Part shown: one piece after another, positions 26,801 to 39,629 of the stretch | Layout of the letters: every line of letters begins with the position of its first letter | Position numbering within the stretch: the stretch's first letter is position 1 | Origin: Eledone cirrhosa | Taxonomy: Eukaryota | Assembly: GCA_964016885.1 (NCBI GenBank) | Contig: OZ024750.1 | Span: forward strand, 38,688,001-38,752,000 | DNA length: 64,000 nucleotides | Direction: 5' to 3' | Program-made: the position numbers and the translations under genes | Notes under the pieces: model-generated | The model's database searches: none | The model's input: only the letters and a program-made list of their open reading frames with translations | What the model was told of the DNA's origin: nothing

Positions 26801-29800
26801 ACAGTGACTAGTAATGTAGGTACAGGACAGTGTCTAGTAATGTAGGTACAGGACAGTGTCTAGTAATGTAGGTACAGGACAGTGTCTAGTAATGTAGGTA
26901 CAGGACAGTGTCTAGTAATGTAGGTACTGGACAGTGTCTAGTAATGTAGGTACAGGACAGTGTCTAGTAATGTAGGTACTGGACAGTGACTAGTAATGTA
27001 GGTACAGGACAGTGTCTAGTAATGTAGGTACTTGACAGTGACTAGTAATGTAGGTACAGGACAGTGTCTAGTAATGTAGGCACTTGACAGTGACTAGTAA
27101 TGTAAGTACAGGATAGTGTCTAGTAATGTAGGTACAGGACAGTGTCTAGTAATGTAGGTACAGGACAGTGTCTAGTAATGTAGGTACAGGACAGTGTCTA
27201 GTAATGTAGGTACTGGACAGTGACTAGTAGTGTAGGTACAGGACAGTGTCTAGTAATGTAGGTACAGGAAAGTGTCTAGTAATGTAGGTACTTGACAGTG
27301 ACTAGTAATGTAGGTACAGGATAGTGTCTAGTAATGTAGGTACAGGACAGTGTCTAGTAATGTAGGTACAGGACAGTGTCTAGTAATGTAGGTACAGGAC
27401 AGTGTCTAGTAATGTAGGTATAGGACAGTGTCTAGTTGTGTAGGTACAGGACAGTGACTAGTAATGTAGGTAGAGGACAGTGTCTAGTAATGTAGGTACA
27501 GGACAGTGTCTAGTAATGTAGGTACTTGACAGTGACTAGTAATGTAGGTACAGGACAGTGTCTAGTAATGTAGGTACAGGACAGTGTCTAGTAATGTAGG
27601 TACTTGACAGTGACTAGTAATGTAGGTACAGGACAGTGTCTAGTAATGTAGGTACTTGACAGTGACTAGTAATATAGGTACAGGATAGTGTCTAGTAATG
27701 TAGGTACAGGACAGTGTCTAGTAATGTAGGTACAGCACAGTGTTTAGTAATGTAGGTACAGGACAGTGTCTAGAAGTGTAGGTACAGGACAGTGTCTAGT
27801 AATGTAGGTACAGGATAGTGTCTAGTAATGTAGGTACTTGACAGTGACTAGTAATGTAGGTACAGGACAGTGTCTAGTAATGTAGGTACAGGACAGTGTC
27901 TAGTAATGTAGGTACACTTGACAGTGACTAGTAATGTAGGTACAGGACAGTGTCTAGTAATGTAGGTACTTGACAGTGACTAGTAATGTAGGTACAGGAC
28001 AGTGTCTAGTAATGTAGGTACAGGACAGTGTCTAGTAGTGTAGGTACAGGACAGTGTCTAGTAATGTAGGTACAGGATAGTGTCTAGTAATGTAGGTACT
28101 TGACAGTGACTAGTAATGTAGGTACAGGACAGTGTCTAGTAATGTAGGTACTGGATAGTGTCTAGTAGTGTAGGTACAGGACAGTGTCTTGTAATGTAGG
28201 TACAGGACAGTGTCTAGTAATGTAGGTACAGGACAGTGTCTAGTAATGTAGGTACAGGACAGTGTCTAGTAATGTAGGTACTTGACAGTGACTAGTAATG
28301 TAGGTACTTGACAGTGACTAGTAATGTAGGTACAGGACAGTGTCTAGTAATGTATGTACTGGACAGTGTCTAGTAGTGTAGGTACAGGACAGTGACTAGT
28401 AATGTAGGTACAGGACAGTGTCTAGTAATGTAGGTACAGGACAGTGTCTAGTAATGTAGGTACTTGACAGTGTCTAGTAATGTAGGTACAGGACAGTGTC
28501 TAGTAATGTAGGTACTGGACAGTGTCTAGTAGTGTAGGTACAGGACAGTGTCTAGTAATGTAGGTACTTGACAGTGACTAGTAATGTAGGTACAGCACAG
28601 TGTCTAGTAGTGTAGGTACTGGACAGTGTCTAGTAATGTAGGTACAGGACAGTGTCTAGTAATCTAGGTACTTCACGGTGACTAGTAATGTAGGTACAGG
28701 ACAGTGTCTAGTAATGTAGGTACTGGACAGTGTCTAGTAGTGTAGGTACAGGACAGTGTCTAGTAATGTAGGTACTGGACAGTGTCTAGTAGTGTAGGTA
28801 CAGGACAGTGACTAGTAATGTAGGTACAGGACAGTGTCTAGTAATGTAGGTACTTGACAGTAACTAGTAATGTAGGTACAGGACAGTGTCTAGTAATGTA
28901 GGTACAGGACAGTGTCTAGTAATGTAGGTACAGGACAGTGTCTAGTAATGTAGGTACTTGACAGTGTCTAGTAATGTAGGTATAGGACAGTGTCTAGTAG
29001 TGTAGGTACAGGACAGTGTCTAGTAGTGTAGGTACTGGACAGTGTCTAGTAATGTAGGTACAGGACAGTGTCTAGTAATGTAGGTACAGGACAGTGACTA
29101 GTAATGTAGATACAGGACAGTGTCTAGTAATGTAGGTACTGGACAGTGTCTAGTAATGTAGATACTGGACAGTGTCTAGTAGTGTAGGTACAGGACAGTG
29201 TCTAGTAATGTAGGTGCTGGACAGTGTCTAGTAGTGTAGGTACTGGACAGTGTCTAGTAATGTAGGTACTGGACAGTGTCTAGTAGTGTAGGTACAGGAC
29301 AGTGTCTAGTAATGTAGGTACAGGACAGTGTCTAGTAATGTAGGTACTTGACAGTGACTAGTAATGTAGGTACAGGATAGTGTCTAGTAATGTAGGTACA
29401 GGACAGTGTCTAGTAATGTAGGTACTTGACAGTGACTAGTAATGTAGGTACAGCACAGTGTCTAGTAATGTAGGTACTGGACAGTGTCTAGTAGTGTAGG
29501 TACAGGACAGTGTCTAGTAATGTAGGTACTGGACAGTGTCTAGTAGTGTAGGTACAGGACACTGTCTAGTAATGTAGGTACAGGACAGTGTCTAGTAATG
29601 TAGGTACTTGACAGTGACTAGTAATGTAGGTACAGGACAGTGTCTAGTAATGTAGGTACAGGACAGTGTCTAGTAATGTAGGTACAGGACAGTGACTATT
29701 AGAGTACGTACAGGACAGTGACAAGTAGAGTACGTACAGGACAGTGTCTAGTAGTGTAGGTACAGGACAGTGTCTAGTAATGTAGGTACAGGACAGTGTC

Positions 29801-32800
29801 TAGTAGTGTAGGTACAGGACAGTGACTAGTAATTTAGGTACAGGACAGTGTCTAGTAATGTAGGTACTTGACAGTAACTAGTAATGTAGGTACAGGACAG
29901 TGTCTTGTAATGTAGGTACAGGACAGTGTCTAGTAATGTAGGTACAGGATAGTGTCTAGTAATGTAGGTACAGGACAGTGTCTAGTAGTGTAGGTACAGG
30001 ACAGTGTCTAGTAATGTAGGTACAGGATAGTGTCTAGTAATGTAGGTACTTGACAGTGACTAGTAATGTAGGTACAGGACAGTGTCTAGTAATGTAGGTT
30101 CAGGACAGTGTCTAGTAGTGTAGGTACAGGACAGTGTCTAGTAATGTAGGTACAGGATAGTGTCTAGTAATGTAGGTACTTGACAGTGACTAGTAATGTA
30201 GGTACAGGACAGTGTCTAGTAATGTACGTACGGGACAGTGTCTAGTAGTGTAGGTACAGGACAGTGTCTAGTAATGTAGGTACAGGACAGTGTCTAGTAA
30301 TGTAGGTACAGGACAGTGTCTAGTAATGTAGGTACAGGACAGAGTCTAGTAATGTAGGTACTTGACAGTGACTAGTAATGTAGGTACAGGACAGTGTCTA
30401 GTAATGTAGGTACAGGACAGTGTCTAGTAATGTAGGTATAGGCCAGTGTCTAGTAATGTAGGTACAGGACAGTGTCTAGTAATGTAGGTACAGGACAGTG
30501 TCTAGTAGTGTAGGTACAGGACAGTGTCTAGTAGTGTAGGTACAGGACAGTGTCTAGTAATGTAGGTACAGGACAGTGTCTAGTAGTGTAGGTACTTGAC
30601 AGTGACTAGTAATGTAGGTACAGGACAGTGTCTAGTAATGTATGTACTGGACAGTGTCTAGTAGTGTAGGTACAGGACAGTGACTAGTAATGTAGGTACA
30701 GGACAGTGTCTAGTAATGTAGGTACAGGACAGTGTCTAGTAATGTAGGTACTTGACAGTGTCTAGTAATGTAGGTACAGGACAGTGTCTAGTAATGTAGG
30801 TACTTGACAGTGTCTAGTAGTGTAGGTACAGGACAGTGTCTAGTAATGTAGGTACTTCACAGTGACTAGTAATGTAGGTACAGGACAGTGTCTAGTAATG
30901 TAGGTACTGGACTGTGTCTAGTAGTGTAGGTACAGGACAGTGTCTAGTAATATAGGTACTGGACAGTGTCTAGTAGTGTAGGTACAGGACAGTGTCTAGT
31001 AATGTAGGTACTTGACAGTGACTAGTAATGTAGGTACAGCACAGTGTGTAGTAGTGTAGGTACTGGACAGTGTCTAGTAATGTAGGTACAGGACAGTGTC
31101 TAGTAATGTAGGTACTTCACAGTGACTAGTAATGTAGGTACAGGACAGTGTCTAGTAATGTAGGTACTGGACAGTGTCTAGTAGTGTAGGTACAGGACAG
31201 TGTCTAGTAATGTAGGTACTGGACAGTGTCTAGTAGTGTAGGTACAGGACAGTGACTAGTAATGTAGGTACAGGACAGTGTCTAGTAATGTAGGTACTTG
31301 ACAGTAACTAGTAATGTAGGTACAGGACAGTGTCTAGTAATGTAGGTACAGGACAGTGTCTAGTAATGTAGGTACAGGACAGTGTCTAGTAATGTAGGTA
31401 CTTGACAGTGTCTAGTAATGTAGGTATAGGACAGTGTCTAGTAATGTAGGTACAGGACAGTGTCTAGTAATGTAGGTACAGGACAGTGACTAGTAATGTA
31501 GATACAGGACAGAGTCTAGTAATGTAGGTACAGGACAATGTCTAGTAATGTAGGTACAGGACAGTGTCTAGTAGTGTAGGTACAGGACAGTGTCTAGTAA
31601 TGTAGGTGCTGGACAGTGTCTAGTAGTGTAGGTACTGGACAGTGTCTAGTAATGTAGGTACTGGACAGTGTCTAGTAGTGTAGGTACAGGACAGTGTCTA
31701 GTAATGTAGGTACAGGACAGTGTCTAGTAATGTAGGTACTTGACAGTGACTAGTAATGTAGGTACAGGATAGTGTCTAGTAATGTAGGTACAGGACAGTG
31801 TCTAGTAATGTAGGAACTTGACAGTGACTAGTAATGTAGGTACAGGACAGTGTCTAGTAATGTAGGTACTGGACAGTGTCTAGTAGTGTAGGTACAGGAC
31901 AGTGTCTAGTAATGTAGATACTGGACAGTGTCTAGTAGTGTAGATACAGGACACTGTCTAGTAATGTAGGTAGAGGACAGTGTCTAGTAATGTAGGTACT
32001 TGACAGTGACTCGTAATGTAGGTACAGGACAGTGTCTAGTAATGTAGGTACAGGACAATGTCTAGTAATGTAGGTACAGGACAGTGACTATTAGAGTACG
32101 TACAGGACAGTGACTAGTAGAGTACGTACAGGACAGTGTCTAGTAGTGTAGGTACAGGACAGTGTCTAGTAATGTAGGTACAGGATAGTGTCTAGTAATG
32201 TAGGTACAGGACAGTGTCTAGTAATGTAGGTACTTGACAGTGACTAGTAATGTAGGTACAGCACAGTGTCTAGTAATGTAGGTACTGGACAGTGTCTAGT
32301 AGTGTAGGTACAGGACAGTGTCTAGTAATGTAGGTACTGGACAGTGTCTAGTAGTGTAGGTACAGGACACTGTCTAGTAATGTAGGTACAGGACAGTGTC
32401 TAGTAATGTAGGTACTTGACAGTGACTAGTAATGTAGGTACAGGACAGTGTCTAGTAATGTAGGTACAGGACAGTGTCTAGTAATGTAGGTACAGGACAG
32501 TGACTATTAGAGTACGTACAGGACAGTGACTAGTAGAGTACGTACAGGACAGTGTCTAGTAGTGTAGGTACTGGACAGTGTCTAGTAGTGTAGGTACAGG
32601 ACAGTGTCTAGTAATGTAGGTACAGGACAGTGTCTAGTAGTGTAGGTACAGGACAGTGACTAGTAATGTAGGTACAGGACAGTGTCTAGTAATGTAGGTA
32701 CTTGACAGTGACTAGTAATGTAGGTACAGGACAGTGTCTTGTAATGTAGGTACAGGACAGTGTCTAGTAATGTAGGTACAGGATAGTGTCTAGTAATGTA

Positions 32801-33871
32801 GATACAGGACAGTGTCTAGTAGTGTAGGTACAGGACAGTGTCTAGTAATGTAGGTACAGGATAGTGTCTAGTAATGTAGGTACTTGACAGTGACTAGTAA
32901 TGTAGGTACAGGACAGTGTCTAGTAATGTAGGTACAGGACAGTGTCTAGTAGTGTAGGTACAGGACAGCGTCTAGTAATGTAGGTACAGGATAGTGTCTA
33001 GTAATGTAGGTACTTGACAGTGACTAGTAATGTAGGTACAGGACAGTGTCTAGTAATGTAGGTACTGGACAGTGTCTAGTAGTGTAGGTACAGGACAGTG
33101 TCTAGTAATGTAGGTACAGGACAGTGTCTAGTAATGTAGGTACAGGACAGTGTCTAGTAATGTAGGTACAGGACAGTGTCTAGTAATGTAGGTACTTGAC
33201 AGTGACTAGTAATGTAGGTACAGGACAGTGTCTAGTAATGTAGGTACAAGACAGTGTCTAGTAATGTAGGTATAGGCCAGTGTCTAGTAATGTAGGTACA
33301 GGACAGTGTCTAGTAATGTAGGTACAGGACAGTGTCTAGTAGTGTAGGTACAGGACAGTGTCTAGTAGTGTAGGTACAGGACAGTGTCTAGTAATGTAGG
33401 TACAGGACAGTGTCTAGTAGTGTAGGTACTAGACAGTGACTAGTAATGTAGGTACAGGACAGTGTCTAGTAATGTATGTACTGGACAGTGTCTAGTAGTG
33501 TAGGTACAGGACAGTGACTAGTAATGTAGGTACAGGACAGTGTCTAGTAATGTAGGTACAGGACAGTGTCTAGTAATGTAGGTACAGGACAGTGTCTAGT
33601 AATGTAGGTACTTGACAGTGTCTAGTAGTGTAGGTACAGGACAGTGACTAGTAATGTAGGTACAGGACAGTGTCTAGTAATGTAGGTACAGGACAGTGTC
33701 TAGTAATGTAGGTACAGGACAGTGTCTAGTAATGTAGGTACAGGACAGTGTCTAGTAATGTAGGTACAGGACAGTGTCTAGTAATGTATGTACTGGACAG
33801 TGTCTAGTAGTGTAGGTACAGGACAGTGACTAGTAATGTAGGTACAGGACAGTGTCTAGTAATGTAGGTAC
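19786..33871 (+). repeat. Near-identical 7100-bp tandem duplication: ~19786-26771 and ~26886-33871 (273 units + 2 bp)
   Basis: Markers at exactly 7100 offset: CACTTG 19981/27081, 2-bp insertion GGTACACTTG 20811/27911, ACAAGTAGAG 22621/29721, TAGGAACTTG 24711/31811, CAGGACAGCG 25861/32961, TAGGTACAAG 26141/33241. Confidence 0.93.
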
Positions 33872-33932
33872 AGGACAGTGTCTAGTAATGTAGGTACAGG
33901 ACAGTGTCTAGTAATGTAGGTACTTGACAGTG

Positions 33933-36900
33933 TCTAGTAGTGTAGGTACAGGACAGTGTCTAGTAATGTAGGTACTTCACAGTGACTAGTAATGTTGGTA
34001 CAGGACAGTGTCTAGTAATGTAGGTACTGGACTGTGTCTAGTAGTGTAGGTACAGGACAGTGTCTAGTAATATAGGTACTGGACAGTGTCTAGTAGTGTA
34101 GGTACAGGACAGTGTCTAGTAATGTAGGTACTTGACAGTGACTAGTAATGTAGGTACAGCACAATGTGTAGTAGTGTAGGTACTGGACAGTGTCTAGTAA
34201 TGTAGGTACAGGACAGTGTCTAGTAATGTAGGTACTTCACAGTGACTAGTAATGTAGTTACAGGACAGTGTCTAGTAATGTAGGTACTGGACAGTGTCTA
34301 GTAGTGTAGGTACAGGACAGTGTCTAGTAATGTAGGTACTGGACAGTGTCTAGTAGTGTAGGTACAGGACAGTGACTAGTAATGTAGGTACAGGACAGTG
34401 TCTAGTAATGTAGGTACTTGACAGTAACTAGTAATGTAGGTACAGGACAGTGTCTAGTAGTGTAGGTACAGGACAGTGTCTAGTAATGTAGGTACAGGAC
34501 AGTGTCTAGTAATGTAGGTACTTGACAGTGTCTAGTAATGTAGGTATAGGACAGTGTCTAGTAATGTAGGTACAGGACAGTGTCTAGTAATGTAGGTACA
34601 GGACAGTGACTAGTAATGTAGATACAGGACAGTGTCTAGTAATGTAGGTACTGGACAGTGTCTAGTAATGTAGATACTGGACAGTGTCTAGTAGTGTAGG
34701 TACAGGACAGTGTCTAGTAATGTAGGTGCTGGACAGTGTCTAGTAGTGTAGGTACTGGACAGTGTCTAGTAATGTAGGTACTGGACAGTGTCTAGTAGTG
34801 TAGGTACAGGACAGTGTCTAGTAATGTAGGTACAGGACAGTGTCTAGTAATGTAGGTACTTGACAGTGACTAGTAATGTAGGTACAGGATAGTGTCTAGT
34901 AATGTAGGTACAGGACAGTGTCTAGTAATGTAGGTACTTGACAGTGACTAGTAATGTAGGTACAGGACAGTGTCTAGTAATGTAGGTACTGGACAGTGTC
35001 TAGTAGTGTAGGTACAGGACAGTGTCTAGTAATGTAGGTACTGGACAGTGTCTAGTAGTGTAGATACAGGACACTGTCTAGTAATGTAGGTAGAGGACAG
35101 TGTCTAGTAATGTAGGTACTTGACAGTGACTCGTAATGTAGGTACAGGACAGTGTCTAGTAATGTAGGTACAGGACAGTGTCTAGTAATGTAGGTACAGG
35201 ACAGTGACTATTAGAGTACGTACAGGACAGTGACTAGTAGTGTAGGTACAGGACAGTGTCTAGTAATGTAGGTACAGGACAGTGTCTAGTAGTGTAGGTA
35301 CAGGACAGTGTCTAGTAGTGTAGGTACAGGACAGTGACTAGTAATGTAGGTACAGGACAGTGTCTAGTAATGTAGGTACTTGACAGTGACTAGTAATGTA
35401 GGTACAGGACAGTGTCTTGTAATGTAGGTACAGGACAGTGTCTAGTAATGTAGGTACAGGATAGTGTCTAGTAATGTAGGTACTTGACAGTGCATAGTAA
35501 TGTAGGTACAGGACAGTGTCTAGTAATGTAGGTACTTGACAGTGACTAGTAATGTAGGTACAGGACAGTGTCTAGTAATGTAGGTACAGGATAGTGTCTA
35601 GTAATGTAGGTACTTGACAGTGACTAGTAATGTAGGTACAGGACAGTGTCTAGTAATGTAGGTACTGGACAGTGTCTAGTAGTGTAGGTACAGGACAGTG
35701 TCTAGTAATGTAGGTACAGGACAGTGTCTAGTAATGTAGGTACAGGACAGTGTCTAGTAGTGTAGGTACAGGACAGTGACTAGTAATGTAGGTACAGGAC
35801 AGTGACTAGTAGAGTACGTACAGGACAGTGACTAGTAGAGTACGTACAGGACAGTGTCTAGTAGTGTAGGTACAGGACACTGTCTAGTAATGTAGGTACA
35901 GAACAGTGTCTAGTAGTGTAGGTACAGGACAGTGACTAGTAATGTAGGTACAGGACAGTGTCTAGTAATGTAGGTACTTGACAGTGACTAGTAATATAGG
36001 TACAGGACAGTGTCTTGTAATGTAGGTACAGGACAGTGTCTAGTAATGTAGGTACAGGATAGTGTCTAGTAATGTAGGTACTTGACAGTGACTAGTAATG
36101 TAGGTACAGGACAGTGTCTAGTAATGTAGGTACTGGACAGTGTCTAGTAGTGTAGGTATAGGCCAGTGTCTAGTAATGTAGGTACAGGACAGTGTCTAGT
36201 AATGTAGGTACAGGACAGTGTCTAGTAGTGTAGGTACAGGACAGTGTCTAGTAGTGTAGGTACAGGACAGTGTCTAGTAATGTAGGTACAGGACAGTGTC
36301 TAGTAGTGTAGGTACTTGACAGTGACTAGTAATGTAGGTACAGGACAGTGTCTAGTAATGTATGTACTGGACAGTGTCTAGTAGTGTAGGTACAGGACAG
36401 TGACTAGTAATGTAGGTACAGGACAGTGTCTAGTAATGTAGGTACAGGACAGTGTCTAGTAATGTAGGTACTTGACAGTGTCTAGTAATGTAGGTACAGG
36501 ACAGTGTCTAGTAATGTAGGTACTGGACAGTGTCTAGTAGTGTAGGTACAGGACAGTGTCTAGTAATGTAGGTACTTCACAGTGACTAGTAATGTAGTTA
36601 CAGGACAGTGTCTAGTAATGTAGGTACTGGACAGTGTCTAGTAGTGTAGGTACAGGACAGTGTCTAGTAATGTAGGTACTTCACAGTGACTAGTAATGTT
36701 GGTACAGGACAGTGTCTAGTAATGTAGGTACTGGACTGTGTCTAGTAGTGTAGGTACAGGACAGTGTCTAGTAATATAGGTACTGGACAGTGTCTAGTAG
36801 TGTAGGTACAGGACAGTGTCTAGTAATGTAGGTACTTGACAGTGACTAGTAATGTAGGTACAGCACAATGTGTAGTAGTGTAGGTACTGGACAGTGTCTA

Positions 36901-39301
36901 GTAATGTAGGTACAGGACAGTGTCTAGTAATGTAGGTACTTCACAGTGACTAGTAATGTAGTTACAGGACAGTGTCTAGTAATGTAGGTACTGGACAGTG
37001 TCTAGTAGTGTAGGTACAGGACAGTGTCTAGTAATGTAGGTACTGGACAGTGTCTAGTAGTGTAGGTACAGGACAGTGACTAGTAATGTAGGTACAGGAC
37101 AGTGTCTAGTAATGTAGGTACTTGACAGTAACTAGTAATGTAGGTACAGGACAGTGTCTAGTAGTGTAGGTACAGGACAGTGTCTAGTAATGTAGGTACA
37201 GGACAGTGTCTAGTAATGTAGGTACTTGACAGTGTCTAGTAATGTAGGTATAGGACAGTGTCTAGTAATGTAGGTACAGGACAGTGTCTAGTAATGTAGG
37301 TACAGGACAGTGACTAGTAATGTAGATACAGGACAGTGTCTAGTAATGTAGGTACTGGACAGTGTCTAGTAATGTAGATACTGGACAGTGTCTAGTAGTG
37401 TAGGTACAGGACAGTGTCTAGTAATGTAGGTGCTGGACAGTGTCTAGTAGTGTAGGTACTGGACAGTGTCTAGTAATGTAGGTACTGGACAGTGTCTAGT
37501 AGTGTAGGTACAGGACAGTGTCTAGTAATGTAGGTACAGGACAGTGTCTAGTAATGTAGGTACTTGACAGTGACTAGTAATGTAGGTACAGGATAGTGTC
37601 TAGTAATGTAGGTACAGGACAGTGTCTAGTAATGTAGGTACTTGACAGTGACTAGTAATGTAGGTACAGGACAGTGTCTAGTAATGTAGGTACTGGACAG
37701 TGTCTAGTAGTGTAGGTACAGGACAGTGTCTAGTAATGTAGGTACTGGACAGTGTCTAGTAGTGTAGATACAGGACACTGTCTAGTAATGTAGGTAGAGG
37801 ACAGTGTCTAGTAATGTAGGTACTTGACAGTGACTCGTAATGTAGGTACAGGACAGTGTCTAGTAATGTAGGTACAGGACAGTGTCTAGTAATGTAGGTA
37901 CAGGACAGTGACTATTAGAGTACGTACAGGACAGTGACTAGTAGTGTAGGTACAGGACAGTGTCTAGTAATGTAGGTACAGGACAGTGTCTAGTAGTGTA
38001 GGTACAGGACAGTGTCTAGTAGTGTAGGTACAGGACAGTGACTAGTAATGTAGGTACAGGACAGTGTCTAGTAATGTAGGTACTTGACAGTGACTAGTAA
38101 TGTAGGTACAGGACAGTGTCTTGTAATGTAGGTACAGGACAGTGTCTAGTAATGTAGGTACAGGATAGTGTCTAGTAATGTAGGTACTTGACAGTGCATA
38201 GTAATGTAGGTACAGGACAGTGTCTAGTAATGTAGGTACTTGACAGTGACTAGTAATGTAGGTACAGGACAGTGTCTAGTAATGTAGGTACAGGATAGTG
38301 TCTAGTAATGTAGGTACTTGACAGTGACTAGTAATGTAGGTACAGGACAGTGTCTAGTAATGTAGGTACTGGACAGTGTCTAGTAGTGTAGGTACAGGAC
38401 AGTGTCTAGTAATGTAGGTACAGGACAGTGTCTAGTAATGTAGGTACAGGACAGTGTCTAGTAGTGTAGGTACAGGACAGTGACTAGTAATGTAGGTACA
38501 GGACAGTGACTAGTAGAGTACGTACAGGACAGTGACTAGTAGAGTACGTACAGGACAGTGTCTAGTAGTGTAGGTACAGGACACTGTCTAGTAATGTAGG
38601 TACAGAACAGTGTCTAGTAGTGTAGGTACAGGACAGTGACTAGTAATGTAGGTACAGGACAGTGTCTAGTAATGTAGGTACTTGACAGTGACTAGTAATA
38701 TAGGTACAGGACAGTGTCTTGTAATGTAGGTACAGGACAGTGTCTAGTAATGTAGGTACAGGATAGTGTCTAGTAATGTAGGTACTTGACAGTGACTAGT
38801 AATGTAGGTACAGGACAGTGTCTAGTAATGTAGGTACTGGACAGTGTCTAGTAGTGTAGGTATAGGCCAGTGTCTAGTAATGTAGGTACAGGACAGTGTC
38901 TAGTAATGTAGGTACAGGACAGTGTCTAGTAGTGTAGGTACAGGACAGTGTCTAGTAGTGTAGGTACAGGACAGTGTCTAGTAATGTAGGTACAGGACAG
39001 TGTCTAGTAGTGTAGGTACTTGACAGTGACTAGTAATGTAGGTACAGGACAGTGTCTAGTAATGTATGTACTGGACAGTGTCTAGTAGTGTAGGTACAGG
39101 ACAGTGACTAGTAATGTAGGTACAGGACAGTGTCTAGTAATGTAGGTACAGGACAGTGTCTAGTAATGTAGGTACTTGACAGTGTCTAGTAATGTAGGTA
39201 CAGGACAGTGTCTAGTAATGTAGGTACTGGACAGTGTCTAGTAGTGTAGGTACAGGACAGTGTCTAGTAATGTAGGTACTTCACAGTGACTAGTAATGTA
39301 G
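33933..39301 (+). repeat. Near-identical 2704-bp tandem duplication (104 units): ~33933-36597 and ~36637-39301
   Basis: AATGTTGG 33991/36695 and GCATAG 35492/38196, plus shared CACAATGTGT, GACTCGT, AGAAC and TAGTTAC variants at the same offset. Confidence 0.92.
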
Positions 39302-39629
39302 GTACAGGACAGTGTCTAGTAATATAGGTACTGGACTGTGTCTAGTAGTGTAGGTACAGGACAGTGTCTAGTAATGTAGGTACTGGACAGTGTCTAGTAG
39401 TGTAGGTACAGGACAGTGTCTAGTAATGTAGGTACTTGACAGTGACTAGTAATGTAGGTACAGCACAGTGTCTAGTAGTGTAGGTACTGGACAGTGTCTA
39501 GTAATGTAGGTACAGGACAGTGTCTAGTAATGTAGGTACTTCACAGTGTCTAGTAATGTAGGTACTGGACAGTGTCTAGTAGTGTAGGTACAGGACAGTG
39601 ACTAGTAATGTAGGTACAGGACAGTGTCT

